Source: Okamejei kenojei
Lineage: Eukaryota
Direction of reading: 5' to 3'
Assembly: GCA_035221665.1 (NCBI GenBank)
Contig: CM069154.1
Coordinates: forward strand, 992,001-1,056,000
Length of the DNA: 64,000 nt
Positions within the stretch are counted from its first letter, which is position 1. Every line of letters begins with the position of its first letter. The position numbers were made by a program, and so were the translations under genes. Positions 13,446-25,981 of the stretch are shown here, piece by piece. The notes under the pieces are model-generated. The model made no database searches and was not told the origin of the DNA. It worked only from the letters and a program-made list of their open reading frames with translations.

Positions 13446-14477
13446 TGTTTAAGACTTCCCTCTAAGTTTTTGACCATACCTTGATATCATGTTACACTGC
13501 CTCAATATCATAAGACAAATTAATAAAACGCATTTGTTTTATGTAAACCACATGAAGCAGCTGGGATATTTTATTCAAGCTATGTGTCGTCATCTTTAAT
13601 AAAGATAGGAAATGCTGGAAATACCTGGCGATCAGGAAGCAGCAGTGGAGAGACAGTCAATGCTTCAGGTCATTGACCTTACAAAGATCATTGAACTTAA
13701 ACAACGATCCCTTGCCACAGGCACCATGCTGATTATTTACACCATTTGTAGATTGTTTTGATTTACCATCGTTCTCGCTCAATGGGCCATGCTGCGAACG
13801 TTTGCTAATTGGTTTGCAGCCCAACGTGGCAAACTTACCTGGTTCTGATCCCGAGTGAATGATGCCTGGATCCAATCAAGCAAGACCCTTGTGCACCATT
13901 ATCAGGTTAGGTGACAGAGCCAAAGCTCTGCCCAGGAACCCAATAAGATGACATTTGCCAGATGCCAAAGTCACCCCCCCCCCCCCACCCCCACAAAGCG
14001 TTGCTGTCGAAGCTGAAATTTAAACGCATTCAAAAGTTGTTAAAATTAAACATTTTAAAAAGGTAAAAAATGGATAATTCCAACATAAAAATAATTAAAA
14101 AAACATAGCTCATTCTTGCACTTTGATTGCAGCTGTATCATCTGTGATGAAACAAATAGACTTGTGGAGCTTGCTCAGAGCCTAACCTGGAGCAGAATCC
14201 GCTAGCATATTCTTCAGCTCATGTGCTGGGAAATCTCACCAAACATGTACCAACGTTGGACTCCTTGCAGAGTCCAGCAGCAGAATCAAGGACGGGTCAC
14301 ACCCTGGCCACTCCCCCCCCCCCCCCCCCCCCCCCCCCTAGGCAAAAGGTATAGAAGTGTGAAAACACACACCACCAGATTCAGGGACAGTTTCTTCCCA
14401 GGCAACTGAGTTATTCTGCCACAACCAGAGAGCAGTGCTGAACTACTATCTACCTCTTTGGTGATGCTCGGACTATC

Positions 14478-17400
14478 TGTAGATTGGTTACATTACTTAC
14501 TAACCAATGCAGAGCTTTATTAATATTGGGTTCGCGTACTACCACACATTCATGTTATCGCAAGCCGACATGTGCTGTTAGTTGGTGATGCAGCACGGTA
14601 GGTAGAACTAACAGTGTGTGTAGTGTGTTGTATACGTTACTGTTGTATCAGATCCGTGAGTATGTGAGATTTACTAAACATGGTGTCAGAAGTGGGATCT
14701 GCCAGATTGAGATTTTGGCTTCACGGACAGAAAACAGAGACACTGCCGAGCTGAGCAGCAACTTCCCCCACCATGCGCATCGGGTAGTGCGGGCGTTGAC
14801 ATCTGAGATTCACAACACCATTAAGATTACAGCTGATTCCAAGGTCTCCATTCCAATGCTTCCCGGTCGAGGAACAGACAGTGAAGTAAAAGTGACCATG
14901 ACTTGGTAAGGGGGAGGGGGAAACAACTCGGCAGTCAACCAATGTGTTTGCCTACCTGCCACATCAGTGAATCCGTCCAGAAACTGGTGGAACTGGTTTA
15001 TCAGACACTTTCAGAGGTTACAAGTGCTTCACCTGAATGTGCTGTGCAGTTGTTCCACACTGTTAGAAACAGGGTCCACTTGTACTGTGATGTTCTTCCG
15101 ACATATCAAACGGAGACGCTGCAGAAGTTGCTTCCCATCGACTAACAAGTTTGCAGAGATTCCTGGGAATGGTTAACTACTTTGGGAAATTCATTCCCAA
15201 CCTCAGCGAAATATCAGCCCCCCTGCGACATCTGATTCACAAAGACACTGCATGGTCTTGGTACCCATGACACCAGAGGGCGTTCGAAATCCTTAAATTA
15301 CAATTGTCCAGCGCTCCTACCTTCGCTTATTTTGATTTAAAACTACCGGTGACATTTCGTGTGATACCTCCCAATATGGACTTGGAGCTGCTTGCCTCCA
15401 GAATTCTGTCGAGGGAGACTGCAGACCTCTTGCTTACGCCTCCCGCATCTTGTCTGAGACGGAACAGCGAAACGCCCAGATCGAAAAGGAATTACTAGCT
15501 GTGGTTTTTGCCTGTACAAAAGTCAAGGACTTTGTTTTTGGGAAGCCCGTGATTGTTGAAACAGACAACCAGCCTTTGGTCACTATTCTGAACAAACCCA
15601 TTCATGCTGCTCCTACTCGCCTGCAACGGATGATGATGCAGCTAGAGAATTTCGATTTCACACTAGTCTACAAAAGGGGCAAGGACATGCATCTGGCTGA
15701 CACGCTATGAAGAGCCCCACGAAAAACCTGCGACCAACAACTGTCAGAAAATGACCAGTTCACATTAATGATGGTGTCGTACATTCCTACAGAATGCCTA
15801 AGCTACCTAGCAGAGCAAACGGCTGAATTCCTACAGAATGCCTAAGCTACCTAGCAGAGCAAACGGCTGAATATACAACTGTCTTCAGTCATCCGGCGTG
15901 GCTGGCTGGATAAACAATATCGCGCACCACTTCCTATTCGCCTATATTACCTGCTCTGCGACGAACTGGTGCTGCAGGACGGTGTCACAAGGCAGTTATC
16001 CCAAATGCCCTACAGGACAAATATTTTGATGCCGTCCACAGGAGCCACCCCGACGTGGAAGCAACCATACTCCGAACAAAGAGCATGTTTTTCTGGCCCA
16101 GAATGACCAAATTCGTGCGTGGGAAAGTTAAAGCCTGTGCTATCTGCAACAGCCTAATGCCAACAGAAGCAGCCCCTGCTCTCACATCCTGTTCCTCCTC
16201 TGCCTTGGTCCACGGTTGTTACTGACACATTCGAGTGGCGTGGCAAACAGTATCTGGTTCTCGTTGACAAGCATTCGGGCTGGTTCGTAATCGACCTGCT
16301 CCAAAGCCCATCATCCGCTGCAGGAATCCACAAGCTGGCACGCCATTTTGCTGTACACCGTGCCCCCACACGCCTCGTCAGATAACAGCAGTCAGTTCAC
16401 TAGCCAGTGTTTTAAAAACTTTGCTCAACGATGGGACGTTCGCCACGTCACCAGCAGTCCAGAATTCCCACAATCAAACGGACCTGCAGAACGAGCTGTC
16501 AGGAACGCCAAGCAATTGATGGAGCGCTCACAACTTGCTAAATCCGGTATCTACCTGGACCTGATGAACATCGCCCGCCTCCCAATACTGAGGTCTCCTG
16601 CCCAACGCCTGATGTCCCGACAGACCCGTGCTGCACTGCCTGTGTCCCAACAACTACTGCACCCACAGGTTTGTTCACCACTTGCTGTCCAGAAACACTC
16701 CAACTGAAACGCGATACCCAAAAGCGATGTTTTGATAAATGAAGCAAACCACTTACACCTCTCTCCAGTGGCCAAGTTGTTTGCCTTAAAACCAACAAGG
16801 ACTATGGCCGTTTGGGTTACGTCCACAGTCGCGCAAAAGAGCCGCGCTCATACTGTTGAGCGCAGACGGAGGGATCTACAGACGCAACCGTCAACAACTC
16901 CTTCCTACTGTCTCGTATCCTGATGCGACACGTCCGATCTACCCATCTACTGACGGACTTTCTCTTCCCTCACGCCATGCAGCTGGAGACCCACCCCTGG
17001 TTGTGTCTCCAGTTCCCTCACCATCAGGCTCGCCTGCCTCGCCATGTTTGTTCCCCGAGTCCCCAGTGCTCCCGCCGCACGGGACCCCAGCATTCTCGCT
17101 GGTGAAGGGAGATGTTGATCTGTACTGTACGCGTGCAGGACAGGTTTGTTGGCCTTAGATACAAGGACTTTGTTTGAACCATCTGAACATCCTTGTAAGC
17201 GCTATCAGCGTTTTGGTTACATTATTAATCAGTCAGCACCTAGTAACATGCTTATACATATATATCACTTCATTGTGGATGTTTCACTTTTTATTCTTAC
17301 AAGGAAAGATGTAGATTGGTTACATTACTTACTATCCAATGTAGTGCTTTATTAATATAGGCTCAGCCTACTTCCACACCATTCATATTATAGCAAGCCG

Positions 17401-17520
17401 ACATGTGATGTTAGTTGGTGATGCAGCACGGTAGAACTAACAGTGTGTGTAATGTGTTGTATACCTTACTCAGTAAATATTGTTGTACCAGATCTGTGAG
17501 TATGTGTGATTTACTCAACA
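14478..17520 (+). mobile_element. Gypsy-like LTR retrotransposon, internally deleted and degenerate
   Basis: TG...CA LTRs at 14478-14680 and 17310-17520; 5-bp TSD CTATC (14473-14477, 17521-17525); PBS TGGTGTCAGAAGTGGGAT (14681-14698, complementary to the tRNA-Leu 3' end); PPT AAGGAAAGA. Pol remnants in Gypsy order: LQRFLGMVNYFGKFIPN, RNase H (AQIEKELLAVVFAC...ETDNQPL), integrase (PWSTVVTD, DNSSQF, PQSNGPAERAVR). Confidence 0.95.
14790..15135 (+). pseudogene. ZW10: Intronless ZW10-like fragment inside the LTR element
   Basis: TSEIHNTIKITADSKVSIPMLP and, after a frameshift, [61 protein letters not shown]. Both match recalled vertebrate ZW10 ([22 protein letters not shown]...[21 protein letters not shown]...[31 protein letters not shown]). 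Confidence 0.88.
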
Positions 17521-19807
17521 CTATCCTTGATCGGACTTTCCTGGCTTTACCTTGCACTAAACGATATTCCCGTATCACATATCTATACACTGTAAATTGT
17601 TTGATTGTAATCAATTCTGCTGACTGGTTAGCATGTAAGAAAAGCTTTTCACTGCACGTTCAATAAACTAAACTGTGTCTTTCCGCTGAAACTCTTATCC
17701 ATATAGAGCCTGCTTGTAAGTTTGCACTTACACATATACTTTTATTCTTTGAGTCTGAATCTACTTTTATTTACCCACAAGATTCAGCTCATCATCTTTA
17801 ATTAAAAGGCCGTGTAAATGTTCTTGCAAAATGTCCTGGTCCAGAGCCAAGGCCATTGCAATCATATTAATGTTCTTATATTCAAAACAACCAAGCAAAC
17901 AAATTTCACGCACACTAACTAAATATCAAAACCAGAGCCAAATGAGTAGCACTGAAAGACATATATAAATAAAAAAGCAACCTGCAATGTAAGCTCACAA
18001 TCTCTCCATTGTTCTTAGCTAATCTGCTGAGGGATTCCTGCGTAGTTTAGTTGAGAGATACAGCGCAGGAACAAGCCCTTCGGCCCACCCAGTCACCCAT
18101 TCCTTCTCTCCACAGATGTTGCCTGTCCTGAGTTACTCCAGCATTTTGTGTATATCTTTGGTCTCTAAACAACTGTGCCAAGTACACCTTGCCCACTTAG
18201 AAATAAAACATGTTTGAATTATTTAGAATTTGAAAACTAATTGCATTCATAAATAATTCAGTTGGCTTTCACAATTAACTATAAGCACCTGTTAAATCAT
18301 TTATATCATGTGCGTGAGATAACTAGCTTGATGTAATCCTTTGATCCAATGACACCGTAGACAAAATACTTCCGTTTCCACTTTAAGCCCAAATCTTGAA
18401 CTCATTTTCCCAGTATGTCTCAGTAATAACTTCTGTTTCTGTTTGTATAGCACAGTTGACATCAGTACATTGAGGCACTTCACAAAAGCTTGTAGAAAGA
18501 AGCCATGAAGAATAAGAAACCCAAAACTGGACTAAAAATGATTTTGATGAGGTTTTAAAGGGTGGGGTGAGCTTTTTAACGGTGAGTAAATTAATCATCA
18601 TGGTGTAACAATCAGAATGATAGATGGAAGCAGCAAGGACACAGGCCTTTCAACCATCAACAATCAATTTACAATAATCCTTCATTAATTCCATCTTAAT
18701 CTTCTAACATTTTATCAACTCCCTCAGATTCTACCACCCACCTATATGTTAAGGGTAATTTACAGTAGCAAGTTAATTTATCAACCCTTTGGGGCTGTGG
18801 AAAGAAATCAGACATTGTCACAGAGAGAACATGCAAACTCCACAAAATAGTAGAAATGGGGATTAAATTTGGTTCTCTGATGCTGTGGCTCAACTAGTCG
18901 TACCACTGTGCTGCCCAATCTGTTAAGACTAGACATAACTTAGTTCTCAGACATTGTATTTAAGTGGCAATTGTATTTATGCCTTTGGGTATCATATTCT
19001 TAAAATATTAGAACTAATTACACAAAAGTAATTTAAAATTCCAAGTTATCAATACTAAACAATAAATCAATTCTAAATAATTATGTTTAAAATCACCATC
19101 CCTCAGTTTATGAAACACCAATATAGCAGTTATCCTGATTCAAGTAATCATTGATTTTTCCTCTTTTAGACAGTAACATGTAAAGTTTAATGCCAAACAA
19201 GGATCATTCTGAAGACATGCAAATACATTAGTAAGCAAAAATTAAACTGCTTAAAGACATAACAAGTGAAAATAGTTCCCTGTCCACAATGCATGAAACC
19301 CTTACCCAACTAAAGTTTATCTACTGAACCATAAAACCCTTTTGAAGCTACATGTAGAAATGATTGGCACAAAATGGTATTAAATGCATTCACTAACCCA
19401 CTGCCAAATATATTGATCTTTGCTTGGCATATCTGCTAATTTTAATCTTCACATGTACATGAAGTATTAAAAATATCTAATTGTACACCAAATCATTAAA
19501 TTATAGAATTCAAAAACATGTAGCTTTAACTGATACATCTTAATTCACATTTATATTATAAACCAAATAAATCTGATCACTGGTGGCAATATGCAGTTGA
19601 CACATTACTAACTGCAACCTTGCTTTCAGTTTGACGTAAAAACTTAGTTGCAATTTTGTGATTTCCTGTAAAACCATACTAGGGTCAACATGGTTGCATT
19701 GGCATGTGAGCTTGTGAGTTCTTGGGGATGTTACAAGCTGCAGCACTTGCTCAAGATTTTCCTTATGCTGTTTTTCATAAGAGCATTAACATATAAGACT
19801 GCTCCGT

Positions 19808-19835
19808 CTGAAGAAGGGTTTCGACCCGAAACATT
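19808..19835 (+). ncRNA. Minimal hammerhead ribozyme motif, variant
   Basis: CUGAAGA-A-GGGU-UUCG-ACCC-GAAA-C-AUU. Confidence 0.5.
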
Positions 19836-22800
19836 GCCTATTTCCTTCGCTCCATAGATGCTGCCTCACCCGCTGAGTCTCTCCAGCATTTTTGTCCACC
19901 TTCGATTTTCCAGCATCTGCAGTTCCTTCTTAAACAAGGATTTAAAGTGTATGTTTTGTGTCAGCTCTTACACAACACACCTGGTTAACTTTAATTTTAT
20001 GACTATGATAATACGCTTATGAAAAACAACATAAGGAAAATCTTGAGCAAGTGCTGCAGCTTGTAACATCCCCAAGGACTCATGTTTTACATTTGTTTCA
20101 AACACTTAACTATACTTTTTACATGAATGCAGGACTGATAACTTAGTTAATGATAGGTTATTGAAGCTTATTTTAAAATATTTATCGTGAATGTACTGCA
20201 ATGTTAATTTATATAACAAAGTATTTCTCTGAAATGTCAAAACTACCTTTTCTGGTTTCAGTACAAGTGCATCATGAGCAATTTCACTTTGTGTTTTTGC
20301 AAGACATTGCTCACCTCTGTCAATGTTCTAAAAGCTTGTCACCTTTTCTGATTGTTGCTTTCTATTACCCTTTCATAAATTTGTAGACCTGTCATACCAC
20401 AGAAAGTGCCTATTCAGTCCCTCCATTCTGGCTCTTTGTAGAGTCATGCTGGCTCTTTGTCGTAACAATTCTGCCATTCTTTCCCTAAAGATTTGCAAAT
20501 TATTTTGCCTGAAGTGCTTCTCCAATTCCCTTTGGAATTTATACCATGCTCTTGTGTTTATAATGGATCTGTTGGCATTGAATCTTCCAGTAATAGAGGC
20601 TGTAAACATTGGATATGTGTAGCTTATGGTGTTTTGATGTAAAATATTTCCATGACTAATCTCTCAGGAAATCAGTATATTTAAAATCAGAATTCTGGCA
20701 TAAAGCAAATAAGTACTCAGATTATGCTTCTACTAAATATGAAGTTCAAGATGAAGTGAACAGTGAAGTCTGTGTGATGAAGATCCAAATACCCTTCAGT
20801 GGCTATGAAACACAGAATTCACAACCAATATTAGCTCATATTTTTGTTCTTTGGTTATAGTCCTTGTGTACATTTAACTACATGGGAGAATTGACGATGT
20901 GAGCCCTGCAGTACAAATCTAGAGGTCAGTAGTTCAGCTGAACGTAATGTGTTCTCAGCAGGATGAAGAGTACTAAACCCAAGTTGACAATAATTTTGAC
21001 TCGTATAAAATATCAGTTATCTTCAAATGAGAAACTATTGAAAACCAAATGTTTTTTTTTATTTGGCGCTTGTAGATGCCATATTTAGCCCAAATTACTT
21101 TGACAACAAATTGCTGGAGGAACGTGGGTCAGGCAGCTTCTGTGGAGGCAATTGAACACAGTTGACTTTTGCGTCACCCGTCTTAAGACTGAGACTTAAG
21201 ACTGTCCAGTCAAAAACTGCACTACTATCACATCATTACTTAATGTAGTAAGAGTAATTGAATCAACTAGGCAAATACTTTGCTAGAGTTTAGAGGAATG
21301 AGAGGAGAGCTCATCAAAACCTATTGTAGCCCATCTGGAGAGACAAGATGCAGGAAACTTGGATTGGAGTCACTGATTGCAGATAAGAGGTAGGTCATGT
21401 AATATTGAGATGAGGAAAAAGTTATTTACCCACAGAGTGATGAACCTGTGGAATTCTCCACCACGGAAGGCAACTGAGGCCAAATCATTAAATATATTCA
21501 AGGAGGAATATTAATAGCTGGAGAAATCATGGGATGAGGGAAGAAAACAAGTTCAGGGATCTGAATTTGGATGATTAGGAAGATCACGTTGATTGGCGGA
21601 TTCCACCTGCTCCTGTTTTCTATTTTTCCCCAAAAGTAAATTTCAGAGCCCTAGACCTCCACGTGGTCCGCCCTGTTTCGACGAATGCAATCAACCTGGC
21701 ATGCACAATCAAATAGAACAAGCTGTCCTATAACTTTAGGCTGTGCACGCCATACGCAAGAAGAAGACTAAGATTTAAATAAATGGAATGTAACAACATT
21801 AGTTTATCCCAAGAAGCTGAATAAAAATGAATATAGATGCTAAAATGATTTAAAAAATACAACAAGACATGAACAATGTGGAAACATGTGATCTTGGATG
21901 GTGTGATGGTGCCATGAAATATATCGATGGTGCATAAATGATTTTTGTATCCGAGTTTGAATGCCACTTGCAGGCATTTAGCAGTAGTGCGGCTATTTGC
22001 CAAAGACAGAGCAATGAGGAATCCTCTTTCCCAGAGGAATATGGATGCTGACATGCAAGTTTATTGAAAATGAAAAAGGAGAGATTAGCAACACAAAAAA
22101 AAAATGCTCGGGTGGGGGTCTTGAGAATATGAACATTTGCAATTCCATCATTTTGTGAAGATTTGACAGATTAGTTTTGGTTTCAATGGGAGAGGCAAAT
22201 GGGACTCATTTCTCTGTTGTGAATTTACATGGACCCACCGAAAATATTTGAAAGAGGCCCGTTTGCTCGAAATAAAAATGTTACTGCTACGATGGCACAG
22301 CAACCAACAGCATGTGTTTCTGAGATGCTGTATAAATTGGTTGATTTGTGGCAGTAATCTGCTTTATGCCCAAAGTACACTTGGCATACCCAAATATTTA
22401 GATTGTAATTTGTAACAGGTTTTTACTTAAAACATTCAATTAGTAATATGAGTAATGATTGCACACAATAACTAAAAGCCATCATTGTATACTGGACATG
22501 CTATGATTTCAAGTTGCCAGAAATAATATTTGTTAAATGAGCCTTCACATCCAATCCATTTGGTCATTAAAAATAGTTAACGTAAAGATTAAAAAATCTA
22601 AAACATTTATACACTGATGTATCTTTCTGATGGAAGCATACCTACTATTAAAAATGTTTGTGACTAAAGCAGACAATTATTCAATTAATCATTAATTACA
22701 TTATTTTTAAAGAAAAATGCTTTCAAGGGTGACTAATGCCCAAAATGGCCCCAATTTTGGCGCAATTGTGAATAGATGCAAACCATTTTCCCCACAGTAA

Positions 22801-24353
22801 TCTTTAAAACAGGGATCAGTTTATAAGGCGCAGGCTGGAATTAAATTTTGTTATTGAATTAGGATGCACATGTTAATCTTTAGATTGAAAAGCCATTAAT
22901 CTGTATGAGTCATGAGACTATTGATTCAATGGTAAGAGGCAAATCATATAATTAATTGAAAGCTCCATGTTGAGAAACCACTGGACAAGGACATACATCG
23001 ACCTGCCTTTTGACCGAGATTTCTGACAGTTTCACTGAATTAAAGAGAAAAAAAATCCATGTGGGTCATGTAGGAATCTACAAAGAAACTTCACATCAGG
23101 AAATCAACAAAAGATTATTTCCTCAGATATTAATTATATTAACTGCATCTGGACAGATACAATATTGGCTATTTTCTAAATAATTATACCATCAATACAG
23201 TGCTACTTCTATACATGTCTATACAAACATCTAATTGGATAAAGGAGCAAAAAGTGATGAAACTCAGCAGTTGGAGCACTTCTGCAGTGTATGAGGAATT
23301 TATGACATTCTGCGTCGACCATCTTTGATGCAGAATTGTGACCCAAAACATTGACAATCTCTCTCACTCCCACACATATTTCTTGACTCGCTGAGTTTCT
23401 CCAGAAATTGTATTTTGCTGCAGATTCCAGCATGTACTCTCACATCATTTGTAACTAAATCTATCAGCATTAATCTTCAAGTAACAGTCTGACTCTATAA
23501 TGTTTTTTAGTGTGGTAAGCATTCCATGTGATCCGTTGTGTACTACTGTGGTTGTGTATAATTCAGACCAGCATCATAGTATCAGAAATACAATGCCATT
23601 ACAATATCTATCAAGGGAACAGGTTCCTGGACTTAGTGTCTTGGGCTGTTCAACAAAACATCCCTTTGACTGTGAAAGCAGGCAACTGGGCAACTGTGCA
23701 ATAACCATTACTGAGCTGAACAATTAATTAAAAAAGATTGCAAGAACTTCTACACAAGCTAGGGATGAAGGCAGTACTTCAGGATGTGTAGTCATTTCCA
23801 TAGCAGACCACAAAATGGTTGTTGAATCATACAAAAAGGCAGCCCCCATCTTCCATGGAGGGATGGTATGATGAATTGTAAGAATCTTCCAAAATTAATA
23901 CTAATGCAACCTTTTCTAAAAGGTTTACAGTTTGTGTTTCTGCTAGTTGTTTTTCTGATTTTCCAGTCATGGTTCACTCTTACAGATGTTCAGCCACAAT
24001 CAGAATTTGAAGAAACTACTTACAGTTGATAATCCTCAGACAGCTAAATGTCTTCGTTGTTTAAGTAATCTCAATGGATGTTAAAACTGAGCAGTATTTT
24101 GTTAATATATTTAATAAAAAGGCTTATAATAGTAGTTATAATAGTTTAGAATTAGTAGTCTCAATAAATTCCTAATATGTAAACAGATGTTCAAGAATGA
24201 AGACTAACCTTTGCAAACAACTAGCAATTTGATCAGCTCAGGTTTTAATCAACTCAGTGTTTAAAAAATCCATAGAATTCAAATTCATTCCGAAAGAGAT
24301 TAATTATTCCAGTGCATTCCAGGAAAGTGAGGTAGATAATAATATTCAGAACA

Positions 24354-25057
24354 TCACACTTCTCCAAAGTTAGTGTGTCCAGTCTCCTTTGCATGCTCCC
24401 TTGCTTCTATCTGACCCACCAAGCCCTTTTGGCAGACTATGCAACGCAGTGTGAACCTGTTCAGATCAGTAAATTGCCGTTTTCTTCTAGCTTCATCTCC
24501 CAACTCCAATGCTTCTGCAAGTACAACATCATCAGCTGTTGAGAAGATGGTTTGTGGTGGGCTCTCAGGATCTTCAAATTGTCGTTCTATTGGGTCATAG
24601 TGGATTCCGTCATAAATCAGAAGCACACGCTTTGTGTAGCTTACATCCTCTCCAAACCTGTCTATCCGCACTGTCTGCGTATCCACCACACAGATCTCAC
24701 ACCGGTAAAACTTGGATAGAATGGAGATTTCAATGGCCCCTCCCCATGTGTCATTCTGGCAAATCCAATTGCAGTAGTCCAAATTACTTTTTCCCAGTAC
24801 TGCTTCTGTGTATGACTCTGGGTCACTGGCCACAATCTGAGCTATCAGGTTTCGCATTTCCGGGGCACAGGTTGGCTCACAAACACCACCTTCAACCACG
24901 TAGTGAATGCTTGTGAACAGACATGAATTATCTGCAGGGACAACGTGTCGAGTCAGTTGTGGGAAAGCATTCTTATCCGAACTTTCAGCACCAAGCTTTG
25001 AGATGGAGGCTTTAGCTTTCATTACATCTCTTTCCTCTTCCACAATTAAAGTATCAC
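24354..25057 (-). CDS. YOD1: YOD1/OTU1 deubiquitinase, last coding exon (OTU domain + C2H2 zinc finger)
   Basis: ADNSCLF catalytic Cys motif, WGGAIE, YDGIHYD His motif, C-terminal CIVC...[13 protein letters not shown] zinc finger. Acceptor ttttttccag|GT GAT ACT (exon starts 25057); TGA stop ends at 24354. Confidence 0.97.
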
Positions 25058-25773
25058 CTGGAAAAAATAATTAATATAACCTACTTCCTTACTTCATAAT
25101 TAGGTTAATAATGGTTATCAATAAAATTACAAGGAATAAACAAAGAAACAGACCTTTCACACCAAGTTGTCTAAGTCAACATTCTTTACTTTAGGCTCTT
25201 GCTCATTTAATCCCACCAGTACAAACCTACTTTCCATTCCCATGCCTTTTCCTAGTTTGTGCCTAAATATTTCCACACTATTGAACTCAGCCACTCTATG
25301 GTAGAGCATTACATTCTTGCTCACTATACTTGGGATAAAGAGATATCAAATATGGGCTGATGCCTCACCCCCACCAACCCCCAACCCCCATATGTTCTTT
25401 CACAGAAGTGAAAACAACTTTAATCAAAACATTTCAGAACTTTATGCACTAAATGTGTTGACCAAGGATAAACTCCAACGTTGTCATGAAACTTGCTGAC
25501 TGGGAGATGCACTAATATTAAGCTTGCATCTCCCCACGCAAACAATGGAGAACCAACACCTGTCCTCTTTCTCCCCATCAACCAGAGACCCAATCATTGG
25601 CAGATGAAGTAGCAGATCTCAGCCTCTGATATATCAATGCAGATTGGCTGATCGCTTTCGTGAACATCTCCGTTCAGTTTCGACTGACTTTCTCTTGCCT
25701 CTTGCTCTGAATAACATAAAGCAGTGCGTACTCTTCATATTTCCTATCTAGACAAGGCCTTTAATACACTTAC

Positions 25774-25981
25774 CGGATTTGATTGAACAATCTTTGAGAG
25801 CTAGGTCTCCATTACGGAGATCTAGGGAGGTTGGAGGAAATCCCACCATAATTTTTTGCAGAGCACATGGAACTCCAGTTAGTTCTTCCACCTTATCTTT
25901 CAACTCTTGGACACTCGATGTCGAAGTCAGCCCTCGCATCAGATGGGTTCCATTCTTTGCTTTACATTGCAAACGCAGCAT
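25774..25981 (-). CDS. YOD1: YOD1 first coding exon (UBX/ubiquitin-like domain)
   Basis: MLRLQCKAKNGTHLMRGLT...KIMVGFPP...IKSG. Donor TCC G|gtaagt at 25774/25773; the phase-1 join to 25057 gives 912 nt = 303 aa + stop. An acceptor (ttcttctag) 6 nt upstream of the ATG implies a further non-coding exon upstream. Confidence 0.95.

Larger units (their letters stand above)
14340..17672 (+). mobile_element. Rex-Babar LINE 3' end split by the LTR insertion (14340-14477 + 17521-17672)
   Basis: GKRYRSVKTHTTRFRDSFFP C-terminal motif; the 3' tail resumes after the TSD and ends AATAAACTAAACT. Confidence 0.7.
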
